Origin: Takakia lepidozioides
Lineage: Eukaryota > Plantae > Bryophyta
DNA length: 64,000 nt
Direction: 5' to 3'
NCBI GenBank assembly: GCA_030704615.1
Contig: CM060731.1
Coordinates: 70,308,001-70,372,000 of the forward strand
Position numbers and translations under genes: made by a program. This document shows, piece by piece, positions 26,170 to 37,973 of this stretch (the stretch's first letter is position 1; each line of letters starts with the position of its first letter). The notes below the pieces were generated by a model. That model was not told where the DNA came from, made no database searches, and saw only the letters and a program-made list of their open reading frames with translations.

Positions 26170-28200
26170 CACACTCTATCTCTACTCCTTCAGCTATCCA
26201 TGCCTCTGCACAAATCAAGCATTCATCCTTGCCTTGCTGCTAGCAGCTGACCATGACAGCCTACATTTGTTCTAGGAAACACCCAACTCAGCGTAGCACA
26301 CTAGTTCTTATGCTGAATTGCGTCTGCTACTCTCTGAAATGTAGCAGGCATTCACCTTTCTACCCCGGTTGACCCATCAGTGACTGGTCTCAGATAAGTA
26401 AGTATTCATTCCACAGCTTCTCCTCATCTCTGTTAATTATTTTTTGACACTTTTCTGTTGTCACATTGGAGTATCATGTCAAAGTCACTCCAAACTAGAT
26501 TCACCCAACCAGCTAACTTGCAGAATTGAACATGTAAATTTAGGGCCGATTCTGATAAGAGGGAAAAACAGGGTGAAATGTGTTGAAGAAGATGCCTTCA
26601 TTAGCAGTGCCTGATTTTATCACTTGTGCCGCTGCTGCCAGTTGACCATCTACCCATGCAGGTTTCTTGTAGCTTTTGATCCACAGGAAATCACAGGTAA
26701 TTTTGTGCTTGAAATCTTGCCCTCTTGGATGAATCTGGACCCACACGAAATCCCTGCTCCTTCAGCTATCCATGCCTCTGCACAAATCATGCATACATCC
26801 TCGCCTTGCTGCTAGCAGCTGACAATGACAGCCTAGAATTGTCAAAGCAAACACTAGCAGTGAAAACAGAGTGAAATATGTTGAAGAAGGTACCTTCACC
26901 CCTTTCCCCATCATTTGCTTTCAGGTGTCCAAAGCCCCATCCTACGCTCCTGCTCTGCACACCCTGCAAGCATCGCATTCCACGACACCACATCTGGTTC
27001 AGCCATAGTGTTGAACACTCCCTTGGCATCCTCAATGCTCCCACATTTAGCATACATGGCCACCAGAGCAATGTTCAGGATGACATCTGGTACAATTGCA
27101 GATTTGATGGTGTCACCAGGGATCTCTTTGCCCTTTTCTAGGGCTGCCAGACGCACTGCAAACGCACACAAACGTTATGTCGGCGGCCTTCACCCCTTCC
27201 CCCATCATTTGCTCAAAGGTTGGAGCCTCCATCCCGCACCCCAGTTGTGCATACCCTGCAAGCATCGCACTCCATGACACCACATCTCGTTCAACCAGTG
27301 TTGAACACTCCCTTGGCATCCTCGATGCACCCACATTTGGCATACATGTCCACCAGGGCCGGGGCAGTATTCAGAAGGACATGTGGTAATTTGACAGGCA
27401 TTCACCTCCTGACTTGGCTATTCCCAACCCATCCTGCCATTGGCAAGAGATTCCACAGAAACTGATAGTTGTCTGTTTGACTGTATAACTATGTATCTCT
27501 TGCTTTCTTACAGCTTGTACTGTGACACGCGTAATGCTCTTGTTGTATTGAATCATTTCACGCCTTCAGGTTTCAGAACAAACATTACCGTCTTTCTTTA
27601 TCAGACACGTGCACCAAGACAGAATCCCACCAAAAGATTGTTGGTGTTCAATAGTACCATACATGAAGATAACTAGCACCAAAAGGGCATATGAAGCTTA
27701 CACTGCTCTCCACTGGTATTAACCTGCACCAGGACTTTCAATGGCTGTCTTCCAGTCCACCCACGGCGTGTTGTAAATGGCTTGCAACCTACAAATTTTC
27801 AAGAGAGCTGATTACCATGAAAATTTCAAAACTGGCTTTACAAACCTAATAATTCAAGCATAATCAGCATTCAAGCTAAGGAAGCTTTACAAGCATCGTG
27901 TTGCGAGTAAAGCCTTTGCAATGTCACCAGGAAATCCCTGGCTGAATGGATGACACTAAAATAATGGAGCTTGAAATCTGGCCCTCTTGGACGAATCTGG
28001 GCCCACACTCTATCCCTGCTCCTTCAGCTATCTATGCCTCTGCACAAAATCATGCATACATCCTTGCCTTCCTGCTAGCAGCTGACAATGACAGCCTAGA
28101 ATTGTTCCAGCAAACACCCCCAACCCTACTATCAACAAGCAATGAGCTAACTTACAAAATTCAATATGCATCTCAGGGCCGTGTCTGATGAGAGGGCAAA
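26170..28200 (-). pseudogene. Mosaic of PLS-class PPR gene fragments
   Basis: DVILNIALVAMYAKCGSIEDAKGVFNTMAEPDVVSWNAMLAG and DVVSWSAMLAGYAQLG with frameshifts; a ~130-bp block recurs at ~26170, ~26710 and ~27965. Confidence 0.85.
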
Positions 28201-28795
28201 ACAGGCTGAAATAGGTCGAAGAAGAACCTGTGCCCTCACCACACTGTCCTTGATCTTGTGTCATGACCCATGGAGGATTTGACCGACAAAAGGACCTCTT
28301 GTGTGTGATGCTTGTGTCTGTAGTCAGGTAATGTCGGATTGGTCAGTGAGAACCTGCACCACGGTGCAGCTGAGCAGGCAGACATTGAAACACGGCCTGC
28401 TAAGACCAAGCTGACTCTCCCAAGAACCTTATAAACATCAGGAAGAATATCAAATCATGGTACTAACAGGAGCCAGCAACCCACATTTGCAGGATGGACA
28501 AACTTCTTCACATCATACATTAAGAAAAAGCCACACTTTGCGATTGCGGTTGTCGCACCCTTGTGAAGGATCTTTAAAAAGCTCATGCCAGCTCTGTTCA
28601 ATGATTCAAATTCAGGGCTGAGTCTGATGAGAGGGCAAAACAGGCTGAAATAGGTCGAAGAAGAAGGTGCCCTCACCACATTGTCCTCGACCTTGTGTCA
28701 TGACCCATGGAGGATTTGACTGAACATGAACCCAAGATGACCTCTAGTGTGTGCTGCTTGTGTCTGTAGTTAGGTAATGTCGGATTGGTCAGTGA
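28175..28795. repeat. Direct repeat of ~180 bp (28175-28350 and 28613-28795)
   Basis: ctgatgagagggcaaaacaggctgaaataggtcgaagaagaa...ggtaatgtcggattggtcagtga occurs twice. Confidence 0.85.
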
Positions 28796-29799
28796 ACCTT
28801 GATATGTAGGTTGTCCCACCATTGTGAAGGATAAATATGCTCACCTTTTTCCCTGGGATTCTCACTGGAGAACGCTCTCCTGGATGCGCCGTTTGAAGAA
28901 ATGCCCTCCGCACAGTCGAGCTCTTTCTAACCCTTCTTGACACTTCATGGCTGTATATTATAGATCGCCTCGGTAAGCCAAACCTATCTAAACCTGTTCT
29001 AAATGCCAGGCCTTATCAACCTATGTAGCCATTGTGCTCTCTCTCTCTCTCTCTCCTTTGAACATCAAACAGAAGCAGGGAAGAAAAGGGTCAGTCTCGA
29101 CGTAGGGTTACTTCGTTCAAGAAGTTATTTTCGGATTTTTCGGTCAATCCGGGCAGATAGAAAGAAATTGACGACGTACGAAACGTGGCGACGACACGTG
29201 GCTACGACACGTGGCGACGATGATGTGGCACTATGGCACCCTATTCCTGCTCTACGCTAAATTAGCTCTCGACCTTCGGTCGTCGCTAGAATAAGTTAAT
29301 ACACAAATGTTATCGTTATGGACTTTTTTCTTTCATGGTACATTACCAAAATGAAAAAAATGACTCACTATAAAGAGACACTTTTCTTAAAGAAACTAAA
29401 ATGGCAAATCTAATAGATTAATATTCAATTATGTAAATTTCATATACATTTAAGTACCCTAAAAAACAGTGAATCTTCAAATTGTTCTATAGGAGGAAAA
29501 TGAATGAATTAAAGAAACTCCCTTTATTGAAAATGTGTATTTGCCTATTACAAAGGACCGCCAAGAAAGATATGGATTTTTTCATGTAATTAGAGGTTTA
29601 CGATTTATGGTTTACGGTTTATTTTAATGTTGACCTTAGGATTTCGACAACTTAATCTAATCACAATTTGTTTATTAAAATGAATTTGCCTTATACGTCC
29701 ATTGACTTTCTCATTCAATGCATTGCATTTCTATTTTCAAACTTTACCAAGGACTACAAATGAGGACTTTTCTGAGCCACCGTAGCTTGCTTTCACCCA

Positions 29800-30600
29800 T
29801 AGATGTCGAGACATGGGCCTGGCCGGGTCCCGTGCGCCCTACGCCTTTGTTGGGCGCATGATCCTCTTCTCCATGGTTGACCTACACTAGCCAGTATTTT
29901 TCCTCCCATGACCTGCTAAGTAGGTCACCTTCCTTGACACATTTCTTTTTTGGTCACATACGTGCAAAAGCGCCGTGGAAACCACCGGACGGGTCCGTCC
30001 CATCCGTTCCATGGTGGTGCATGGAAAGGGGTGTGAGTGGATGTGACCTGTGGTCAATGGATATGACCCATGGTCAAACCCATTTTTGGATGATGTCATG
30101 TAACGGGAACGGGTTTACTTGGAAAGTAACCTGAGTCTAGTCCAGTCCGCTGGAGGGTCATTCTACGTGCAGAGTGGACTGAGTCTCTACCATTCCGCTG
30201 GAGGGTCCATTGTCTGGAGTTTACCTGCTAAGTCCACTGGAGGGTCTGCCAGTCCGTTGGAAGGTCCGCCGTGGAAAATTTTCAGAAAGAACCATTTTAC
30301 AAAATATATAATTAATACCATTTATTACCTTAGCTCCTTACGACCAGACATGAATTGAACACCAAACCTCCTGTTTATTATGAGTTGTTCTTAACCACCA
30401 TACTATCCTTCTATGGACCTTGGAAATAACTAATGTTTTATCTGCATTCCCATTACATATTTTATATGTTTTATGGGCCGCAATAGACCTGCTTGCCTGA
30501 CTGAGCCGGAGTGGACCCTTTGGGACCCCTCTCTGCTATGGTGGCCCCGCCGCAGGCATACGTGTGCGCATTGAAGATGCTATTATTTTTCAATGAAAAG
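29800..30600 (-). mobile_element. One end of a DNA transposon inserted in the LEA copy 3 promoter
   Basis: tgcgcattgaagatgctattatt (~30565) matches tgcgcattgaaagacgctattatt (~37694); gtctagtccagtc...ctggagggtc repeats shared with ~37530-37610. Abuts inverted LEA promoter sequence at 30603. Confidence 0.55.
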
Positions 30601-30602
30601 CT

Positions 30603-31026
30603 CACCAGGCTGCGCAATTGCAGTTCGGCATGTTTGCGACACGGAAGGATCTTTGTGCACGGGCATCTAAAAGTATGAATCGACTCCAACCAGGCCACAA
30701 CAAGTTGCTCTGTTGAAAATGATTTTATAGACTTATCAAGTCTGTGTTCCGTTGTGTTGCGCTTATTTGTTTTTCTCGATAAAGTTTGTAGCTATTGTGC
30801 AGCAGAGAAAACAGAACTGTGTGTGTAGCATGTGGCAGTTGCATTTGTTTGCTCACTAGATTCATAATCTATTGCAAGCAGTTTAATTGGAGTTATATCT
30901 CTCTTACATCATGTTGATACATTTGTTCTCTCTCCAGACAAGAAGGTGGCGAAAACTTTGCATTTCATATTACTTCCAAAGATCTGTAATCTATAGTTTT
31001 CAACCAGAGATATTGCTTGAAGAGGG
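30603..31026 (-). promoter_or_regulatory. Inverted LEA intergenic spacer and upstream promoter (belongs to copy 3)
   Basis: Reverse complement matches ~18680-19112 (ggttgaaaa...ttcgccaccttcttgtc...ttggagtcgattc...ctgcaattgcgcag). Confidence 0.85.
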
Positions 31027-31265
31027 TGTTCATGACATTTACAGAAGATTCACAAACTAAGTGTTCATGAAATTGAATTCAAGAGTTTATATACAGTTGG
31101 AGTTGCAGGCACAACTCTATGTCATTGTAATTCAAGGGTAATCTTGCTACCTGCTAGAACCAACTAGATGGTACCATGTAAAACTGCTGGCTAGCTACAG
31201 GTCAGGTATGGATAATCCAACACCTTCCCTCGCACTTGACCTCATTTCTTAGACGTTGCCAAAGA
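31027..31265 (-). mobile_element. Copia 3' LTR (31027-31222) with PPT, inverted
   Basis: Reverse complement of the LTR at 20794-20980; begins TGTTGG after a purine tract (gagggaagg), ends AACA, followed by CCCTC. Confidence 0.9.
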
Positions 31266-33350
31266 TGTTGCGCACCTCACTTCAGTAAGCTCCCCCCTCA
31301 AGTCATAGTTACTCGCTTGATGCACGCGCCTAACTCCCAATCTGGCCGCCGAGCCAACTTGGAGCTTCGGCTGCTCACCGGGGCATAACGGTCCCCCTTT
31401 GATCTCCCAAAGAACCCTCCAACGGTTTGGAACCAGAGGAATTCCCTTTGGTAGTTGGCAGTCCGGAACAGCTCCCCACTCTTTGGTCACTTTCCGGCTC
31501 GCTCACTTACTCACTAGTTTTTGGTCACCAACGGGCTTGCACCGTTCTCGGGGTTACTACTCCCTATATATACTTCTGTAGCTGTCCGCGGGGGTTTCAC
31601 AAACAACCATGCCATTTTATGGCGAACCACCACGAACACCCTCGACTCCCGGTGATGAGTGGCGGTGAGTCTTGGCCCACCCACCACGGCCCCTATGGAC
31701 CGTGATGAGTCCCAAGACTCCCCACGACTCCCACCACGAGGTCTCCGCCCCAGGGTGAGTCCTATGCCACCCCCACTAAGTCCCGCTAAGCTACCACCAC
31801 CCCTTGTGGAGCCACCCCCACCGCAACCCGGTGTGCGGGGCTCCACCTAGTGAGCGCCTCCGCCTCCTTGAGTGCCTTGGGCACTCAAGGGTGCTTCAGC
31901 CCGCCATACCTATCACTGCCACTGCCCCCACCACAGGGGCAGCCCCTCTTGTGTCCCGACCCCCTGCCCTCAAGGCAAAGGGCCGCGGCACACACCCCTA
32001 CCAACAAGGAGTCGATGTCCTCATCGGCTTGTCCATTTTGTGGAAACGAACATCCAAGTTGTGGCGTCCCACATCAAGGAGTTTGTTTCCGTACCATGGT
32101 GTCCTATGGCAAAGAACCAAACCCCACACTTGACTCTACTCTCTACTAGCTAGTTCGGCCGACTTCCTCCAAGTCCCGGCCAAGGGTGGAGCCTCTCAAG
32201 TTCCTCCCAGTGCACTCTTCTTGGCCTATTTCAAGGCCAGGGAACGATCCTCCCCGAGGATCGAATCGCCTTACTTCAACAACATTGCTTGCGACTACTC
32301 ATGATGCCGCTTTTGGCATCACCTTGAGCAAGGGTTCACCTCGAACCCTCTTTGACTAGGAAGATAACCTTGAACCAACCGTGCGCCCCAATCACTACAA
32401 TTGGGTCCGCCTTGGAATGCTGGCCTGAGGTACGGGAACACGCCGAAGCCGCACTACGACTTCGTCCCGAGACTACACGATTATAGTACGTGAACGGAAG
32501 CACGTAGCTTCCGCGTTAGCCCACACTACAAGGCAACCCCCTCGGTAGCGCAGTTATAGTACGCGCACGCGCCAGGTGCGCACTAGCACGTGAACTCCTA
32601 AAGAAGGCGCAAGTTTCCTTGCCCCTTGGATGGGAGTCACCCGATTTCGGCACTGCGCAAACACACAATTAACCCAATTTACCTCTCCCACTTTTGTAAG
32701 CTAGCATGCATTCTACACACTAGCCAACCACACCATGCATCACCATTCCAAACAAAATAGGACGCACAACATTTGGAACCCATTTCCTTTATAACAAATT
32801 TTTGTACAATACAAGTTTTTGCAATCAGATTCCTAAGCTAGCTAAGCCGGGCTAAGCATGCATTTCCTCCCCCACGCTCCAAGGTTGATGTCCCCATCAA
32901 CGCTTTTTCCGCTTTTGAGGTCGCCCTTCCAAAACTGCAACCGCCTCGGATGCGTTTCCCATTTCTAAGGCACGCACCCAAGATGCCTCCACATGATGAT
33001 AGCCCTTCCATTTGACGAGATACTCCGTTTCTCGGTTCTTGAACCTCCTCGACTTAAGTACTGCCTCCACCTCGTACTCAGGTTCATTTTCATGATCCAA
33101 CAGCACAGGTGGCGGACGCAACACTTGATGCCGATTCGGACGCGCTTCATCTTTGAAGTAAGGCTTTAAAAGGGAGACGTGGAATACTGCGAAAGGGTCC
33201 CGCATACGGAGGTACGAACTTTGGACTCACTTCCGAAGGTAGTCGGAAATTCTTGATGTTCAACCAGACCTCCGTGCCTGCCTCAAACTTCACTTCCTTC
33301 CGCTTCCGATTCGTCCGGTGTCCCCGTGTCCCCTTTCTCATCCTCATGGT
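31266..33350 (-). mobile_element. Ty3/Gypsy chromovirus 3' remnant: integrase C-terminus, chromodomain, PPT and putative ~1.6-kb 3' LTR
   Basis: KFVPPYAGPF (GPY/F motif), VFHVSLLKPY, EYEVEAVL...YLVKWKGY chromodomain at 32897-33205; PPT ~32863-73; putative LTR TG..CA 32862-31266. Confidence 0.85.
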
Positions 33351-33399
33351 CTGTACTCCGAAGTTATTTTTTCCTCACTTATTTCAATACATTTCCCTG

Positions 33400-35470
33400 G
33401 CCCACAATACCCTCGTGGACATGTATGTCAATTAATGTTGGAGGCATTTCAGCAGATTCAGATACGTTTGTTTGTCTCTTGCTTAAGTGCATCAAGATGA
33501 AAGGTCTGGAAGCTGGAAAGCAGGTGCACACTCACATTATCCAAAGTGGATTCATGCCAAGGATGCGAAGGGAGTTTTCAACACTATGGCTGAACAAGAT
33601 GTGGTGTCGTTGCACGCTATGCTTGCAGGGTATGCACAGCAGGGACGTGGGTTGGTGGCTTTGGAAACCTATGATCAATTGATGGGGGAAGGGGTGAAGT
33701 CCAACCACATCACGTTTGTTTGTGATTCCAATGCTTGTGCAAGCCTGACAGCCCTGGAAAAGGGTAAAGAGGTCCATGGTGACATTGTCAAAGCTGGGAT
33801 TGTACCAGATGTCATTCTGAACTCTGCCCTGGTGGACATGTATGCCAAATATGGGTGCATTGAGGATGCGCAAGCTTGGGAGCCCTGGAAAAGGGGAAAG
33901 AGGTCCATGGTGACATCGTCAAAGCTGGAATTGTACCCGATGTTATTCTGAACAATGCCCTCATGGACATGTATGCCAAATGTGGGAGCATCGAGGATGC
34001 GAAGGCAGTGTTCACCTATATCGCTGAATGAAATGTGGTGTCGTGGAACGCAATGCTTGCAGGGTATGCATAGCAGGGGCGTGGGATGGAGGCTTTGGAG
34101 ACCTATGAGCAAATGATAGGGGAAGGGGTGAAGCCCGACCACATCACGTCTGTGTGTTTGCAAGTCTGGCAGCCCTGGAAATGAGCGAAGAGGTGCATGG
34201 TTGCATCGCAAAAGCAGGAGTTGGTGAGAAGAATGATGAAGGTCAGAGGGGTTAGAAAGGAGTTAGGTCGCTGCTGCATTGAGATTTGCAACAGGGTGCA
34301 CACCTTCACTGTAGATGACAGGTTGCATCCCAGAATTAAGGAAATCATGCTGAGCTGAGAAGATTGTTTGGGCAGATGAAAGGAGGCGGGGTATGTGCCT
34401 GACACGTGCTTTGTATTTCATGATGTGGGGAAGGAGGAAAAGGAATTTTCTCTTTGCCACCACAGTGAGAAGCTGGCCATTGGTTTTGGGCTGATCAGGT
34501 TTGTGTGTGTTTGCAGTGCGTGTGCAAGCCTGGCAGCCCTGGAGAAGGGCAAAAGGTGCATGGTTGCATTGCCAAAGCTGGAATTGTACCAGATGTGATT
34601 CTGAACAATACCCTCATGGACATGGATGCCAAATGTGGGAGCATTGAGGATGCGGAGGGAGTGTTCTTGCTTGCAAGATATGCCAGTAGGGGCGCAGGAT
34701 GGAGGCCTTGGAGACCTATGAACAAATGCTTGGGAAAAGGTGAAGTGCAACCACATCACGTTTGTGTGCGTTGGCAATGCTTGTGCAAGCCTGGCAGCCC
34801 TGGAAAAGGGAAAAGTGTGGGTCCAGATTCAGCAGCAGCGACACAATTCATAAAATCAGGCACTGCTAATGAAGACACCTTCTTCAAAACATTTCACCCT
34901 GTTTTCCCCTCTTATCGAAATCGTCCTTAAATTTTCATGTTCATTTCTGCAAGTTACTGGTTGAGTAAACCTTTGATAGTTTGCTGAGATGTGGTGTCGT
35001 GGAACTTGATGCTTGCAGGGTATGCACAGCAGGGGCACTGGATGAGGCTTTGGCACCAGATGTTGTGTTTGGCACACTATGTAAATCCACTAAGACCAGG
35101 GAGTAATTGAGCAGCTCAGTCTGAACCCTTTCCTAGTGCCAACAAACTCTGATGTGGATTCACGCCAAGAAAGGTCTGGAAGCTGGAAAGCAGGTGCACA
35201 CTCACAAACATCGCAGGGTATGCACAGCAGGGACGTGGGATGGTGGATTTGGAGACCTATAATCAAATTATGGGGGAAGGGGTGAAGCCCAACCACATCA
35301 TGTTTTTGTGTGATTGCAATGCTTGTGCAAGCCTGGCAGCCCTGGAAAAGGTCAAAAGAGGTCTATGGTGACATTGTCAAAGCTGGAATTGTACCAGATG
35401 TCATTCTGAACTCTGCCCTGGTGGACATGTATGCCCAATGTGGGTGCATTGAGGATGCAAAGCAAGGAAC
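33400..35470 (+). pseudogene. Mosaic of PLS-PPR and partial E/DYW fragments
   Basis: Several P-L-S triplets (ALVDMYAKYGCIEDA); GVRKELGRCCIEI (PG-box-like), GYVPDT and [16 protein letters not shown] at ~34240-34500; stops, frameshifts, truncated before the CxxC. Confidence 0.88.
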
Positions 35471-36067
35471 TTATGTGTACTCTGTTTATGTACTGGGTGT
35501 GGCAGGGAGGCTTTGGAGATTGTGAATGGGTGATGCCTGGTAGGTGAACGTTATGTGTATTCTGATGCCTTTGCCAGTCTTTGAGCACTGAAAAAGTGCA
35601 GATGGATCTGTATGTATTTGTAAGCCTATACGTTCTGATGTGAGGTTCTCTGGTTTTATGACAGGAACAAAACAATTGTGATCAGGAAGTGAAGGGCCAT
35701 CTCCTATTGGAATTCCTCAATCAACATAGCTGGGCCTGAATAAAACATCAATGGACTAGGCCTTTCGTCTTCACTAGGTGTTGCTGCTAAAAAAATAACC
35801 GATTGTGAGAGGGTCCCTAATCCAATGATGCTTCCAAGTACAGGTGAAGCAGAGGAATATAACATATTGTTACATCGCACCTTGCACCTAACTTCCCAGC
35901 AAAGCGGTGTAGCATCAACCTCGGTCTGAGAGAGAAAGCCACAGTTATATAGATTAGCGTGATTAATTTTAAAGTCGCACTCGTAGGGTTTAATTCTCCT
36001 AAAAAACCCTACTTTCATCTGCCCCTGCCCCTCTCTCTCTCTCTCTCTCTGCACCATACAAACAACC

Positions 36068-36791
36068 ATGTCAACGTCGGAAATAGCCGACACAATAGAC
36101 ACTGAAACGGACCAACAAATCCAAGAAATAGCCCACCAGGACATGACAAACGTGATATACGACAGTTTCGCGTCCAATGACCATTATACCTTAAAGGTGG
36201 GGAACACATGGAAGCGCCTGCCCTACAGGACAAACTCCCATAGTGCCTTGTGGAACGTCCCTTCGGACCGTGAAGAAATAGCAATCTTCGTAGGTATTGG
36301 CAAAACCGAGAATTACAGATTCGTGACTTTCGCCAAAGAACTAAAAGACGCAAAATTCACAATATTGATAGAAGACAACCATTTCTTGTTCGACTATGCA
36401 AATACAATACAAAATGGTTCGATAATTGAAGGAGGAGAGGCGAGGACATGACGTGGATAGGTGTAAACAACATAAGCTTCACGAAAAGCTCCTAAAAATT
36501 GACGCAAACAACTTTGGCTCGACGTCCGGTAACAACAAACGTCAAAAAACAAACAACGACGAGATGTACGATACAATAGAAGTCCTTAACGAAAATGGCC
36601 AAAAAATGGATGGAGAATCCGTACGTTCAGGGGATCTCGTTGCAGTCAAGTGTAACATCCAATCTTGGATGAATTTTCGTCAAAAGAAACACGGGCTTTC
36701 ATTCCAACTAGAAGGGGTCAAACTGTTGGCCAAAGCACGAGAGGAGACAGAGTCGAATGACGACAACTGGAGCAAAAGCATAGCTTGGTAG
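36068..36791 (+). pseudogene. Intronless, frameshifted ORF pair; C-terminal half resembles a T7 gp2.5-like OB-fold ssDNA-binding protein
   Basis: ORFs 36068-36451 and 36426-36791 overlap in different frames; VLNENGQKM...VRSGDLVAVKCNIQSW...GLSFQLEGVKLL followed by an acidic tail ending in W. Resemblance judged by eye only. Confidence 0.4.
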
Positions 36792-37117
36792 AGCTTAAGT
36801 TAGACATATCTAAACGTTCCATGTAAGGGCCACCATATTTTATAAAGACGATCCTCCTTCTCCTTTTCAAAAAGTCTATCGTGTCCCAATGCATGCTCAC
36901 AACGGATAATAAAAAAATACTGATTTATCATAGTCCAAATCTACTTGTTTACCAAGACAACCCTGAAAACCCCTCCAACTCTCTCTCAAGTTCCTCCAGT
37001 ATGGCCCATCTGTCCGGACGTCCTTCTCAGAAATCGTCGCTAGTAGTGCGGAGCAACGCGAAGCCCTAGTTGCATTTGGCCACGGCTTTTTCAAAAGTCC
37101 AATACTTCCGACAACCA

Positions 37118-37230
37118 GCATGTAGTCCAGTGGTAATGGGCATATACCACGTTGGATGTGGTTGTGGGTTCAAACCACGGTCTGGTGTGTCATGAAGGAA
37201 GAGACACCATAAGTTACGTTCCCTTTGGGA
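37118..37230 (+). mobile_element. tRNA-derived SINE fragment
   Basis: tagtccagtgg...gtggttgtgggttcaaacc, plus gacaccataagttac shared with the 52.5-52.8 kb copy. Confidence 0.5.
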
Positions 37231-37399
37231 GACGTCATACCCTCCAATATTTCCAAATATTTATGAATTGACTGATGATGCTTTAAAGTGGATAAGCATA
37301 TTGTAGTAAGAATACACTATATGAATCCCATTTGATCTTTTTCATAGAATGTAAAGAGTATGTGTCAATAGAGAATAAGTATGTAGTGCAAAAATGATG

Positions 37400-37730
37400 T
37401 CGTTAGAGTTTTACTGAGCCACCCTAGCTTACTTTTACCCCATGGAAGTGCATGGAACCGGGTGCTTAACCCATTCTCCCTTGGTGTGACGTCAGCAGGA
37501 TGGGAGAAGGGGTCACATAGAAAGTAACCCTCGGTCCACTCTCCACATAGAGTCGACCCTCCAGCGGTGCTGACTGGACTAGACTGAAGAGTGGACCCTC
37601 CAACAACTCTCCAAAACAGATTAGACAATTAGAGGGACCCCATGGGCGGTGCGCTTATGAGCTATCCCCATCGGCCGTATTGGCTGGCCTACATGCGCAT
37701 TGAAAGACGCTATTATTAAAAAAATCGTTG
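37400..37730 (+). mobile_element. Other end of the DNA transposon in the LEA copy 3 promoter
   Basis: Shares motifs with 29800-30600 and ends immediately before TATATAA at ~37736. Confidence 0.5.
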
Positions 37731-37844
37731 GCGTGTATATAAACGCTGCGTCTACGGTCTGTCATCAACATCACCTCGTCTTCTGTTTCGTGTGACTCGC
37801 GCTCTTCCAATTGTGAGAAAGTGTTCGCTAGCACATCGCTGAAA

Positions 37845-37973
37845 ATGCAGGCTGTCGAGAATGCCGCTGCAGAAGGGGACGCTGCCACTCAGACTGCCGC
37901 TGATCAAGCTTCCGAAAACCCCAGTGCTGTAGCCCCTGAAACTAGACAGGCGCAGCGACCAGCCAAATACTGA
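37845..37973 (+). pseudogene. LEA_1 copy 3 with an internal deletion (42-aa in-frame remnant)
   Basis: MQAVENAAAEGDAATQTAADQASENPSAVAPETRQAQRPAKY*; 5' and 3' flanks align with copies 1 and 2. Confidence 0.8.

Noticed and set aside
34230-34500. Functional DYW editase or U-to-C (DYW:KP) variant
   Set aside because: Contains stops, lacks CxxC and the terminal tripeptide; visible motifs are the canonical PG/HSEKLA type.
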